44,923 nt of DNA, taken from Bacteroidales bacterium. GTDB lineage: Bacteria > Bacteroidota > Bacteroidia > Bacteroidales > Bacteroidaceae. A model generated the notes under the pieces. The model ran no database searches and had not been told where the DNA came from. It saw only the letters and a list, made by a program, of their open reading frames with translations. The translations under genes and the position numbers were made by a program. The stretch lies in contig JAUNIC010000001.1 of the NCBI GenBank assembly GCA_030523615.1, forward strand, positions 1-44,923, read 5' to 3'. This document shows positions 9,377-18,682 of this stretch, piece after piece; position 1 is the first letter of the stretch; every line of letters starts with the position of its first letter.

Positions 9377-10078
9377 ATGCAGTATACACACGAAGTACAG
9401 AACATGTGTTGCGTGGCCAAAGGCCCCAACCATGGTCCTGCACCCATCCCCGAAGAGGGTAAGTGGGTACAGGCACGCGAAATCAAGGACATCAGTGGTC
9501 TTACTCACGGTGTGGGTTGGTGCGCTCCCCAGCAGGGTGCATGCAAGCTCACTCTTAACGTGAAGGAAGGCGTCATCGAAGAATGCCTCGTTGAGACCAT
9601 CGGTTGCTCTGGTATGACTCACTCCGCAGCTATGGCAAGCGAGATCCTTCCCGGCAAGACCATCCTTGAAGCTCTCAATACCGACCTCGTTTGCGATGCC
9701 ATCAACACCGCAATGCGTGAGCTCTTCCTCCAGATCGTTTACGGTCGCACCCAGAGCGCCTTCTCTGAAGGTGGTCTTACCATTGGTGCAGGTATGGAAG
9801 ACCTCGGTAAGGGTCTTATCAGCCAGACCGGTACTCTCTACGGCACCAAGCTCAAGGGTACCCGTTACCTCCAGCTCACCGAAGGCTACATCACCAAGAT
9901 GTACCTCGACAAGGACGATCAGGCTTGTGGCTATGAGTTCGTTCACATGGGCAAGTTCATGGACGCTATCAAGAAGGGTGTTCCCGCCGACGAGGCTCTC
10001 AAGAGCGTTACCGGCACCTATGGCCGCACCAAGGCTGAAGATGGCGCAGTTAAGTTTATTGACCCCCGTAAAGAATAG
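9377..10078 (+). CDS. IscU/NifU-N-like Fe-S scaffold-fold protein, partner of the GGGtGRT protein
   Basis: GWCAPQQGACKLTL, ETIGCSG and LVCDA cysteine motifs; strongly biased codon usage. Confidence 0.85.
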   Translation: MQYTHEVQNMCCVAKGPNHGPAPIPEEGKWVQAREIKDISGLTHGVGWCAPQQGACKLTLNVKEGVIEECLVETIGCSGMTHSAAMASEILPGKTILEALNTDLVCDAINTAMRELFLQIVYGRTQSAFSEGGLTIGAGMEDLGKGLISQTGTLYGTKLKGTRYLQLTEGYITKMYLDKDDQACGYEFVHMGKFMDAIKKGVPADEALKSVTGTYGRTKAEDGAVKFIDPRKE

Positions 10079-10089
10079 GAGATTAGACC

Positions 10090-11109
10090 ATGATTCGTGA
10101 AGTAAAATTTGAATCTCAGGATCGCCGTATGGCTCAGATCCTCGCCTGCCTCAACAAGCACGGTATCGCCTCCATCGAAGAGGCTAATCAGATTTGCGAC
10201 GCCGCAGGTCTCGACCCCTATATGACTTGTGAAGAAACCCAGATGATCTGCTTCGAGAATGCAAAGTGGGCTTACGTAGTAGGTACCGCAATCGCTCTCA
10301 AGGAGAACGCTAAGAACGCTGTAGAGGCTGCCGAGTACATCGGTGAAGGTCTTCAGAGCTTCTGTATCCCTGGTTCTGTAGCTGACGACCGTAAGGTTGG
10401 TATCGGCCACGGCGAACTCGCTGCTCGTCTTCTTTCTGAGGACACTAAGTGCTTCGCTTTCCTCGCTGGTCACGAGTCGTTCGCAGCTGCCGAAGGTGCT
10501 ATCAAGATTGCACAGATGGCAAACAAGTCAAGGCCCGCTGACAAGCCCCTCCGTTGCATTCTCAACGGTCTCGGCAAGGACGCTGCAATGATCATCAGCC
10601 GTATCAACGGCTTCACCTATGTACAGACTCAGTTCGACTATTTCACCGGCGAACTCAAGGAGGTTAAGCGCATTGCTTACTCTGATGGTCCCCGTGCGGC
10701 CGTAAACTGCTACGGTGCTGATGACGTACGCGAAGGTGTTGCTATCCTTTGGAAGGAAGACGTAGACGTTTCCATCACTGGTAACTCTACCAACCCCACC
10801 CGTTTCCAGCACCCCACCGCAGGTACCTACAAGAAGGAGCGTATCCGCGCTGGTAAGCCCTACTTCTCAGTAGCTTCTGGTGGTGGTACTGGTCGTACTC
10901 TCCATCCCGATAACATGGCTGCAGGTCCCGCTTCTTACGGTATGACCGATACCCTCGGCCGTATGCACTCTGACGCTCAGTTCGCAGGTTCTTCTTCAGT
11001 TCCCGCTCACGTGGAAATGATGGGCTTCCTCGGTATCGGTAACAACCCCATGGTAGGTTGCTCCGTTGCTTGCGCTGTAAACGTTGACCTCGCACTCAAC
11101 CACAAGTAA
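10090..11109 (+). CDS. GGGtGRT family protein (function unknown)
   Basis: Signature SGGGTGRTLHPD, plus CFENA, AGHESFAAAEGA and GNSTNPTRFQH. Confidence 0.92.
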   Translation: MIREVKFESQDRRMAQILACLNKHGIASIEEANQICDAAGLDPYMTCEETQMICFENAKWAYVVGTAIALKENAKNAVEAAEYIGEGLQSFCIPGSVADDRKVGIGHGELAARLLSEDTKCFAFLAGHESFAAAEGAIKIAQMANKSRPADKPLRCILNGLGKDAAMIISRINGFTYVQTQFDYFTGELKEVKRIAYSDGPRAAVNCYGADDVREGVAILWKEDVDVSITGNSTNPTRFQHPTAGTYKKERIRAGKPYFSVASGGGTGRTLHPDNMAAGPASYGMTDTLGRMHSDAQFAGSSSVPAHVEMMGFLGIGNNPMVGCSVACAVNVDLALNHK

Positions 11110-11132
11110 TCTTTTGATTATTTGTAACAAAT

Positions 11133-11180
11133 AACTTCCCTAGGATTACGTCCTCCGTAGTTCAAGGGAAGTTTTTTTAT
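11133..11180 (+). terminator. Intrinsic terminator after GGGtGRT
   Basis: AACTTCCC...GGGAAGTT stem with an internal extension, followed by a T-run. Confidence 0.85.
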
Positions 11181-11335
11181 TGCAGGCTTTCTGACGATTG
11201 CCCTTTGTTGTTTTCTCTACTGATGCCATTGGTCCCTATAATGGAAGTGGCTACTATCTGCCAACGAATAGCGACTTGCTGAAAGCTTTTAACTATGACG
11301 AACTTTACGTCGTAGTTTTTATACGTCCTCATCAG

Positions 11336-11369
11336 AAAAAGCAGGGCCTATCGAGGTGCTGCTTTTTTT
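11336..11369. terminator. Bidirectional-type terminator hairpin
   Basis: AAAAAGCAG-GGCCTATCGAGGTG-CTGCTTTTTTT. Confidence 0.6.
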
Positions 11370-11505
11370 CTTTGCCAGATGGCAGGTTCTAAACAATTGT
11401 AGATGTGAGCTGGAGGTGTTCAAATTAATCACATAGTGATTTTGTGCATCTTTGTTAACACGCCGAAGTGATTTTGCGAAATATGTTGATTTTTGAGACC
11501 TAAAA

Positions 11506-11537
11506 TTTGTGGATGCGGCTAAAATTTATTACTTTTG
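11506..11537 (+). promoter_or_regulatory. Bacteroidota promoter
   Basis: TTTG-N20-TACTTTTG, ending 32 nt before the ATG at 11570. Confidence 0.75.
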
Positions 11538-11569
11538 CCTTCTCAAACAGAAAAATACACTTTATACAA

Positions 11570-11926
11570 ATGGCTAAAGTCGAAATAACTTACGGAATTG
11601 TCAGCGAAGGAGTTGTCGTCGCTGCAGAAAACATAAGCATAACCCTCACGAAGAAGGATATAGAAGAGGTCGAAACGACCCTTGTTGCCAACAATTTTTC
11701 TCCATTGTTCGCCGATCTTCCCGAACGCATTTACAAGCGCTGTTGTAGGAAGGCCCTCGAGGCTGCTCCCGCTCTATGCGCCAGCGTAAACATAGAACCC
11801 ACAGCAGAGATTCCTGTGGCTTTCTCAGAAGTTCTTCCCCTTTCACTTGCCGATGCTCTTAGCGAAGAGGTCGGTGCAAAGGTCAAAGCCAATATGCGCG
11901 CCAAACTTCCTGAACTTTTCTCCTGA
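11570..11926 (+). CDS. Hypothetical protein (118 aa)
   Basis: ATG in an A-rich context downstream of a consensus promoter (start moved from the ORF track's 11507); no family recognised. Confidence 0.7.
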   Translation: MAKVEITYGIVSEGVVVAAENISITLTKKDIEEVETTLVANNFSPLFADLPERIYKRCCRKALEAAPALCASVNIEPTAEIPVAFSEVLPLSLADALSEEVGAKVKANMRAKLPELFS

Positions 11927-11967
11927 TAAAGAGTGTTCGAACTTTTCTTAATCCTCCATAGAACATT

Positions 11968-13467
11968 ATGAAACGCTTATATTCCATCTTCGTCATTTTC
12001 CTGCTGGCGTTTGTCCCCGTCGTGGCTCAGCAGCACAAGATTGTTCCCCAGATTACTCCCCAAGGCACACCCCAATGGTACACCATGGATGCCTATGTAC
12101 AGACAGGCCAAGGTTCCGTCATGATTTATGGACTTTCCAACCAACTCAGTTTTACTTCTGATGGTAAAAGCGTCTATTTCAAGACCCTATTTCCCATGCA
12201 GTATGGCGAACTCTGGGTGAAAGGCACCATCAACGGCAACACTATCACTATTGACTCTCGTGAGACTGTGGGCAAAGAGTCCTTTACCGATGAAGGCGAG
12301 CTCTTCAACTACGACCTCAAAGTCGGCGAGCCGATATTTGATATTATGGACAACATTATCGGTGTGAAAGATGTTGTGTTTAAAAAAGATGGCGATCGCA
12401 TCTATATTGATGATGACCAGTCCAACCCTGTCCATCCCATTGCTCTGTATGGAGAGTATGATGGTGAAATCGAGCTCTTCGACTGGACTTTCTGTAATAC
12501 TTTCAAGCCCTATACAGGGGCTACCGAATTGGTTACTCCCCCTGCAAATGCAGAAATCAAGAGCTATGTGTATTCTTACAAAGACGCTCGCCTTGATGAT
12601 GCCACAGCCATCGGACGCATTGCTATCGACGGTAATGACTATTATTTTGAAAGTCTCGTTCCTAGTGTCGGTGGATGGACAAAAGGCGTGCGAAGCGGCA
12701 ATACCATCAACGTAAGCCGTGCGCAGCTTTTAGCTTTCGATCCCCAAATCCTGAAGATCGGTGGTTATCGTCAGTCCGATGGCGGTCGTCTCAGCGACTT
12801 TGCTTTTACCGTCGATGATGAAGGCGTTATGACGCAGGTCGACGGAGACAATCAGTTCATCGTGAGCTACCAAACGAACGGCAGCCTCCTCGATTATGGC
12901 CGCAGCTTTAAGCTTACTCCTTACGACGAAACGAAGTCCTTCCAGCCTCTTGCCCCCTTCGATGTCCATTCTGTTTATTACTCTGAACTCAAGCAGCATG
13001 GCATTGAGTTCTATCAAGCTGCATTTGATGCCGAAGGCAATCAAATAGCACCGGATCAGCTCGGCTACTACATCTATGTTGACGGAAAACGTTTTACTTT
13101 TACCAAGAAACAGTATCCCTACCTCGCTTGGGACTCTGCTGAATTCATTCCCTTCGGTTATTGCGACGACTACAACAAGGGTGACATTTTCAACGATGGC
13201 ATCTACAATGTCGTGCTCTTCTATCTTTCCGACTATGAGACACTCGGCGTTCAATCTGTTTATCGTTCGGGCAATACTGAGACACGCTCGGATATCATCA
13301 CCGTGGACAAGGCTAATGTTGTAGACATCATCCCCGACGGCATCGCAGCCCCCACAACAGACATCAACGCCTCTGCCGATTGCTTTGACCTATACGGACG
13401 ACTCCTCGACACGACGTCGCATCACGGAATTGTCATCAAGTCGGGCCGCAAAACACTCATAAAGTAA
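11968..13467 (+). CDS. Secreted hypothetical protein with an internal domain duplication and a T9SS-type C-terminal domain
   Basis: Signal peptide; C-terminus DGI...FDLYGR...GIVIKSGRKTLIK. Confidence 0.75.
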   Translation: MKRLYSIFVIFLLAFVPVVAQQHKIVPQITPQGTPQWYTMDAYVQTGQGSVMIYGLSNQLSFTSDGKSVYFKTLFPMQYGELWVKGTINGNTITIDSRETVGKESFTDEGELFNYDLKVGEPIFDIMDNIIGVKDVVFKKDGDRIYIDDDQSNPVHPIALYGEYDGEIELFDWTFCNTFKPYTGATELVTPPANAEIKSYVYSYKDARLDDATAIGRIAIDGNDYYFESLVPSVGGWTKGVRSGNTINVSRAQLLAFDPQILKIGGYRQSDGGRLSDFAFTVDDEGVMTQVDGDNQFIVSYQTNGSLLDYGRSFKLTPYDETKSFQPLAPFDVHSVYYSELKQHGIEFYQAAFDAEGNQIAPDQLGYYIYVDGKRFTFTKKQYPYLAWDSAEFIPFGYCDDYNKGDIFNDGIYNVVLFYLSDYETLGVQSVYRSGNTETRSDIITVDKANVVDIIPDGIAAPTTDINASADCFDLYGRLLDTTSHHGIVIKSGRKTLIK

Positions 13468-13477
13468 TGTCTGCGTC

Positions 13478-14779
13478 ATGACCTACAAAGAAACGACCGA
13501 ATATCTTTTCACTTCTGCTCCGCTGTTCCAGCAGCAGGGAGCAGGAGCATACAAGGAGGGGCTGCAGACGACCCTTGCACTCGACGAGCATTTTGGCCAT
13601 CCGCATCGTCGCTTCCGCACCATCCATGTGGCAGGTACGAATGGTAAAGGCTCTTGCTCTCACACCATTGCTGCCGTTCTTCAGGCTGCTGGATACAGAG
13701 TCGGTCTTTATACCTCGCCTCATCTCGTTGACTTCCGCGAGCGCATCCGCATCAATGGCGAAATGATTCCCGAGCAGTATGTCGTGGACTTCGTTGCCAA
13801 CGAGCGCAGTTTCTTCGAACCCTTACATCCTTCTTTCTTCGAACTCGCCACAGCCATGGCGTTCAAGTACTTCGCCGACGAGAATGTTGATGTGGCAGTT
13901 GTTGAAGTTGGTCTTGGTGGACGTCTCGACTGCACGAACATCATCCATCCAGAAGTCAGCGTCATCACCAACATATCCTTTGACCACGTTGGATTCCTTG
14001 GCGACACACTGGCGAAAATTGCAGCAGAGAAGGCCGGTATTATGAAAGCTGGTGTTCCTGTTATCATCGGCGAAGCCAATGCCGAGACACGTCCTGTGTT
14101 TGAGAGTACAGCTGCAGCTGTCGGCGCTCCGATTATTTTTGCCGAAGAGATGGACGATGAACCCTTCGGCCATGTAGAAAGCAGTTTGAAGGGGTTCTGT
14201 CAGGAAAAGAATACACGCACCATAACGACAGCCTTGGCACGTCTGCTTCTTGACCAAAACCTTAAGACAGACGACGATGACGCGCTTTACTTGGAGCAAG
14301 ACTGCAAGATGCCTCGCCTGCTCTTTACACTCGACGATGTGTGTCGCGGTTTTGCCGAAGTGTGTCAGCTTACAGGACTTCGCGGTCGTTGGGAAATCCT
14401 CAGCGAGTCGCCCCTCACGATTTGCGATACCGGCCACAATGTTGGCGGCTGGCAGTATATCGTTCCGCAGCTTACAAAGTTGTCCGAAGGAAAAACGCTT
14501 CGCATGGTTTTCGGTATGGTCAATGATAAAGACATCACCACCGTGCTCAAAATGCTTCCCAAAGACGCTGTTTATTATTTCTGCAACGCCTCGGTAAAGC
14601 GTGCTCTTGCCGCCGATGCCATTGCTTCTCAAGCCGCTGGCTTCGGCCTCGTAGGGCGTTCGCGCGGAAGTGTCTCCGAAGCCTATGAAGCCGCGAAAAG
14701 CGAAGCAACATCCGACGACGTAATCTTCATCGGCGGCAGCAGTTTCGTTGTTGCCGATCTCCTCACATATCTGCAGTAA
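13478..14779 (+). CDS. folC: Folylpolyglutamate synthase/dihydrofolate synthase
   Basis: HVAGTNGKGS, YTSPHL, EVGLGGRLDCTN, EKAGI, GRWE, DTGHN and GGSSFVV motifs. Confidence 0.96.
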   Translation: MTYKETTEYLFTSAPLFQQQGAGAYKEGLQTTLALDEHFGHPHRRFRTIHVAGTNGKGSCSHTIAAVLQAAGYRVGLYTSPHLVDFRERIRINGEMIPEQYVVDFVANERSFFEPLHPSFFELATAMAFKYFADENVDVAVVEVGLGGRLDCTNIIHPEVSVITNISFDHVGFLGDTLAKIAAEKAGIMKAGVPVIIGEANAETRPVFESTAAAVGAPIIFAEEMDDEPFGHVESSLKGFCQEKNTRTITTALARLLLDQNLKTDDDDALYLEQDCKMPRLLFTLDDVCRGFAEVCQLTGLRGRWEILSESPLTICDTGHNVGGWQYIVPQLTKLSEGKTLRMVFGMVNDKDITTVLKMLPKDAVYYFCNASVKRALAADAIASQAAGFGLVGRSRGSVSEAYEAAKSEATSDDVIFIGGSSFVVADLLTYLQ

Positions 14780-14804
14780 GTTTGTTGTTTAGAAACTTAT
14801 TTTC

Positions 14805-17534
14805 TTGAAAATGCTGAAGCGAATTCTCCTCATACTGATGTGCATGGGCTGTCTTATTTCCGCTGCACAGAACGTTTCCAGTGTCGGCGCATCAAATGCG
14901 CTTACCGTTGCTGGCGTCTCCAAGGAGCTGGCAGAATACCGTGCGGCCACCATAAGCAATCTGCGTTACCACATCAAGTTCTGCATCCCGAGCCAAAAGC
15001 AAACGCCCGTTCGTGGCGCTGAGGCGATACGTTTCGATCTCAAAGCTCCAACGCAAGTTATTCTTGATTTCCGTGCTGACAATACGAAGGTGTTCTCTGT
15101 CGAAGTCAATGGAAAATCAGTCTCCTATACCTTCGAGAACGAACACATCGTCATTCCCTCAGTTGCAACGCGTAGTGGCCACAATGTGGTAAAAGTGAGT
15201 TTCGAAGCTGGTGACCAAAGCTTAAATCGCAGCGACGACTATCTCTACACGCTTTTCGTGCCTGATCGTGCTCGTACTGCTTTCCCCTGCATGGATCAGC
15301 CCGATCTAAAGGCGCGTTATACCCTCAACCTCGATCTTCCCGCAGAATGGACAGCTGTGAGCAACACCATCGTCCTCTATGATTCTGACCAGGGCGTCTC
15401 TGCAAAAAGCCGTGGCAAAGTAAAGGGTGCCAAAGACCTTCCCGCGTGCGAAATGTTTAAAGATGAGTCTGTAAGTAGTTACAAGAGTATCGAGTTTGCC
15501 GAAAGCGAGCCTCTTCCCACTTATCTTTTTGCTTTTGCTGCAGGTCGATTCTCCTATAAGAGCCACACCGAGGACGGACGCACAATAGGCGCTTACTATC
15601 GTGAGACCGACCCCGAGCGTATATCCCAGCTTCCCGAAATCTTCCGTCAAGTCGAGCATGCCCTTAAGTGGCAGGAAGAATTCACTGGCGTTCCTTATCC
15701 CTTTGCTAAGTATGACCTTGTCATTCTCCCCGGCTTCCATTTCGGTGGTATGGAGCATACCGGCGCCACGTTCTACAACGACAACACCATTTTCCTCAGC
15801 GCCAATCCCACACCCGACGAGATTCTCTCGCGTGCCAATCTCATCGCCCACGAGACAACGCATATGTGGTTCGGTGATTACGTCACGATGCGCTGGTTCA
15901 ACGATGTGTGGACAAAAGAAGTATTCGCTAACTATTTCGCAGCCGAGATTACCGCGCCGCTCTTTCCCGACGTCAACCACTCACTCAACCGCCTCAAGAC
16001 CTACGCTGCAGCAGCTTATAGCGAAGATCGAACATGGTTCGCACCCCTTACGCTTGCTAATGGCGAACGTCTCATCGGAGGCGGCACCTCCATCCGTCAG
16101 TCGCTTGGCAATCTGCGCAATGCCGGCCTCGTCTATAACAACATCATCTACAATAAGGCCCCACTTGTCATGTACAAACTTGTCGAGATGATGGGCCCCG
16201 AAGCATTCCGCGAAGGCATCCGCGAGTATGTACGACGCTTCTCCTATGGCAATGCCACGTGGGATGAGCTCGTTGAAATACTCGACAACCATACACCTGC
16301 TGACGTCAAAGCCTTCTCTCATGCATGGGTTGATGAACCCGGTATGCCCACGATCAACATCGGCTACACCGACAACGGCGCACTTGCCGTTGAGCAGATT
16401 GATCCTTTTGGTCGCCAACTCTCCTGGCCGCAATGGTTCGGAGTGATGCTCCACAAGAACTCGTGTGGAGACACCATCGTCAACGTCCGTCTCACTTCCG
16501 ATCAGCCCCATCTGCTTCTGCCTTTGCCCGAAAAGTGGCACGGTGCAGAGATAGTGGCCAATTGCGACGGCCGCGGTTATGGCATCTTCCAGACCTCCGA
16601 TGCCCAGCTTTTCCGCCTCCTCACCAACTGGAACACCATCACCTCCGGTACAGCTCGACAAGCCACGCTAATGAATCTCTATGAGAATTACCTGGCGCAT
16701 CGCATCACAAACGAAGAGTGGCTGTCCAACCTTGCCTCTGCGCTTAAAACAGAGACCGATCCTCTCACTGCCAGCGCTATGTGCAGTTATCTGCGCGAAC
16801 CCATGCTTCGTCTTAGTGTCGATGGGCGTGCCGCACTTATTGCACATGGTGACCGCGACCAGTTGAACCGCATGCAGCTCGTTGAAGCCGAACTCATCAA
16901 ACTCAGCACAGAACATCCGATTGCCTCCGTCCGTACCCAACTCTTAAGAGTACTGATGCACGTAGGCATGAGTCGAGAGACCGTGTCGTGGCTACGTGAT
17001 CTATGGGAGAAGGCCGATAATCCGCTCCTCTCCGAGCGCGACTATATGAGTCTCAGCTACGAGGTTGCCATTCGCCAACCCGCCGATGCCGAAGAGATTG
17101 TTGCTAAGCAGCGCCAACGCATTGAACATCCAGCTGATGGTAAAGCCCCTAATGCTGATCGACTTCGCGAGTTCGACTTCATAAGCCGTGCCGTGCTTCC
17201 CTCGCGTCATCGGCTTGATGCCCTTTTTGACGAACTCCTTACTCCTGAAGGCCGTCGCATCGAACCTTGGGCAGCGCGAACGTTAAGCCTGATGAATCAT
17301 CCTCTTCGTGAGGGGCGCAGCGTAGGTTACATTCGTCCTGCCCTCGAAGCCCTTGAGGATGTACAACGTACCGGCGACATTTTCTTCCCTGCGAACTGGT
17401 GCAGTGCTCTCCTTGGCGAGCACATTGGCGACGATGTGCGTCGTGAGGTAGAAGCCTTCCTCAACGCCCATCCTGACTATCTCCCCCTTCGTCGTAACAA
17501 GGTGCTGAATGGTGCATATGGGATGTTTCGCTGA
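14805..17534 (+). CDS. M1 family zinc aminopeptidase, exported (start may be the ATG at 14811)
   Basis: ARTAFPCMDQPDLKA, GGMEH, HETTHMWFG...WTKE and IIYNK motifs; signal peptide. Confidence 0.93.
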   Translation: MKMLKRILLILMCMGCLISAAQNVSSVGASNALTVAGVSKELAEYRAATISNLRYHIKFCIPSQKQTPVRGAEAIRFDLKAPTQVILDFRADNTKVFSVEVNGKSVSYTFENEHIVIPSVATRSGHNVVKVSFEAGDQSLNRSDDYLYTLFVPDRARTAFPCMDQPDLKARYTLNLDLPAEWTAVSNTIVLYDSDQGVSAKSRGKVKGAKDLPACEMFKDESVSSYKSIEFAESEPLPTYLFAFAAGRFSYKSHTEDGRTIGAYYRETDPERISQLPEIFRQVEHALKWQEEFTGVPYPFAKYDLVILPGFHFGGMEHTGATFYNDNTIFLSANPTPDEILSRANLIAHETTHMWFGDYVTMRWFNDVWTKEVFANYFAAEITAPLFPDVNHSLNRLKTYAAAAYSEDRTWFAPLTLANGERLIGGGTSIRQSLGNLRNAGLVYNNIIYNKAPLVMYKLVEMMGPEAFREGIREYVRRFSYGNATWDELVEILDNHTPADVKAFSHAWVDEPGMPTINIGYTDNGALAVEQIDPFGRQLSWPQWFGVMLHKNSCGDTIVNVRLTSDQPHLLLPLPEKWHGAEIVANCDGRGYGIFQTSDAQLFRLLTNWNTITSGTARQATLMNLYENYLAHRITNEEWLSNLASALKTETDPLTASAMCSYLREPMLRLSVDGRAALIAHGDRDQLNRMQLVEAELIKLSTEHPIASVRTQLLRVLMHVGMSRETVSWLRDLWEKADNPLLSERDYMSLSYEVAIRQPADAEEIVAKQRQRIEHPADGKAPNADRLREFDFISRAVLPSRHRLDALFDELLTPEGRRIEPWAARTLSLMNHPLREGRSVGYIRPALEALEDVQRTGDIFFPANWCSALLGEHIGDDVRREVEAFLNAHPDYLPLRRNKVLNGAYGMFR

Positions 17535-17579
17535 TTTGTGGAAAAATAGAACAACGTACAAAACGATTTGAACGCTTCA

Positions 17580-17632
17580 AGAGTGCCTTCGAAACCCAAA
17601 AATGAAGAACGGTTGGGTTTTGAAGGCACTCT
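17580..17632. terminator. 20-bp stem-loop between convergent genes
   Basis: AGAGTGCCTTCGAAACCCAA / TTGGGTTTTGAAGGCACTCT with one G-T pair and a 13-nt loop. Confidence 0.65.
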
Positions 17633-17781
17633 CGTTGATTTGAAATGCCACGAAATTTGGCAAATTTCAATGAAATTGGGCAAATTCGACGCTAAAATCG
17701 GCTAAACCAATGAAAAAAAGGCGTAACTGAGGCAAATTTTAGTAGCTGAAAAGTACAAATAGTGCCACGATCGACTTTTCT

Positions 17782-17818
17782 CTCTCAAAGATATTTTGAA
17801 CGCTCTCAAAGATATTTT
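17782..17818. repeat. Direct repeat CTCTCAAAGATATTTT x2, 21-bp period
   Basis: Copies start at 17782 and 17803. Confidence 0.85.
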
Positions 17819-17965
17819 TGCGCGCTGCCTTCGCTATGCCGAATCTGCAATGAAGAGGCTGCCGAAAGCCTAATGGGCGCATGTCAAATTCGTTCGCCCC
17901 TTACGTCTTTCTTTGTGGAGAAATGGAACAAAGTGGTTTGAGGTGGATACTTCCAAAAGGTAAGT

Positions 17966-18562
17966 TTAGATCAACGATAGCATCATACCATGTTCGCTTG
18001 CCATACGACGCATATTAATAAGTGCGTAGCGCATGCGGGCGAGACAAGTAGACACGTTGGCGCCAGTAACAGCACTGATCTCCTTGAACGAGCGTTCTTC
18101 AAAAAAGCGAAGATAAACCACTCTGAGTTGCTCAGCGGGCAGATGGTTCATGAGACGTTTTACGTCGAGCAGCGTCTGTTCGTTGACAAGGTGTGTTTCG
18201 TGGCACACCTCGGTAGGCGAAGTAGAGGCTGTCAGAAGATTTTCAGAAAGTTCTGCGCTCACGACGGGCATCTGTGCACTTTGACGATGACGGTCCATGA
18301 TGACGTTGTAGGCAATACGCTGGAGCCACGCCTGGAAGTGGCCTTTGTCGGTGTACCGTCCTTCGCGAAGCGATACGATGACCTTGACGAACGTCTCTTG
18401 GAAGATGTCGTCGGCGGTGTCCTGCACGTTGTCGGAGTGGAAGGAAATATAGTTGTAGAGTGCGTCCTTATGACGGAATAAAAGAGCGTCGAATGCTTCG
18501 TTGCATCCGTCGCCATACATCTCGACCAACTGCTCGTCGGTCATGTAGCAAAGCTTGTCCAT
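17966..18562 (-). CDS. ECF-type RNA polymerase sigma-70 factor
   Basis: Sigma2 region ADDIFQETFVK and F.AWL.RIA.N; sigma4 region LP.EQ...SFKEIS...RMRYA. Confidence 0.92.
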   Translation of the reverse strand: MDKLCYMTDEQLVEMYGDGCNEAFDALLFRHKDALYNYISFHSDNVQDTADDIFQETFVKVIVSLREGRYTDKGHFQAWLQRIAYNVIMDRHRQSAQMPVVSAELSENLLTASTSPTEVCHETHLVNEQTLLDVKRLMNHLPAEQLRVVYLRFFEERSFKEISAVTGANVSTCLARMRYALINMRRMASEHGMMLSLI

Positions 18563-18682
18563 TACTATCTTTTATATGTATGCGTTAGAGAGTAATGTGT
18601 GGCTATAGGCTATTGTTTTTTTGTGAATAAAAATGGAGCAGAACGCGTGGGCCCTCTCCGTGGCTTAACTATATTTCGACGG

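Noticed and set aside
11220-11335. Hammerhead ribozyme (CTGATGAG on the minus strand)
   Set aside because: There is no stem II closed by GAAA and no correctly placed cleavage triplet.
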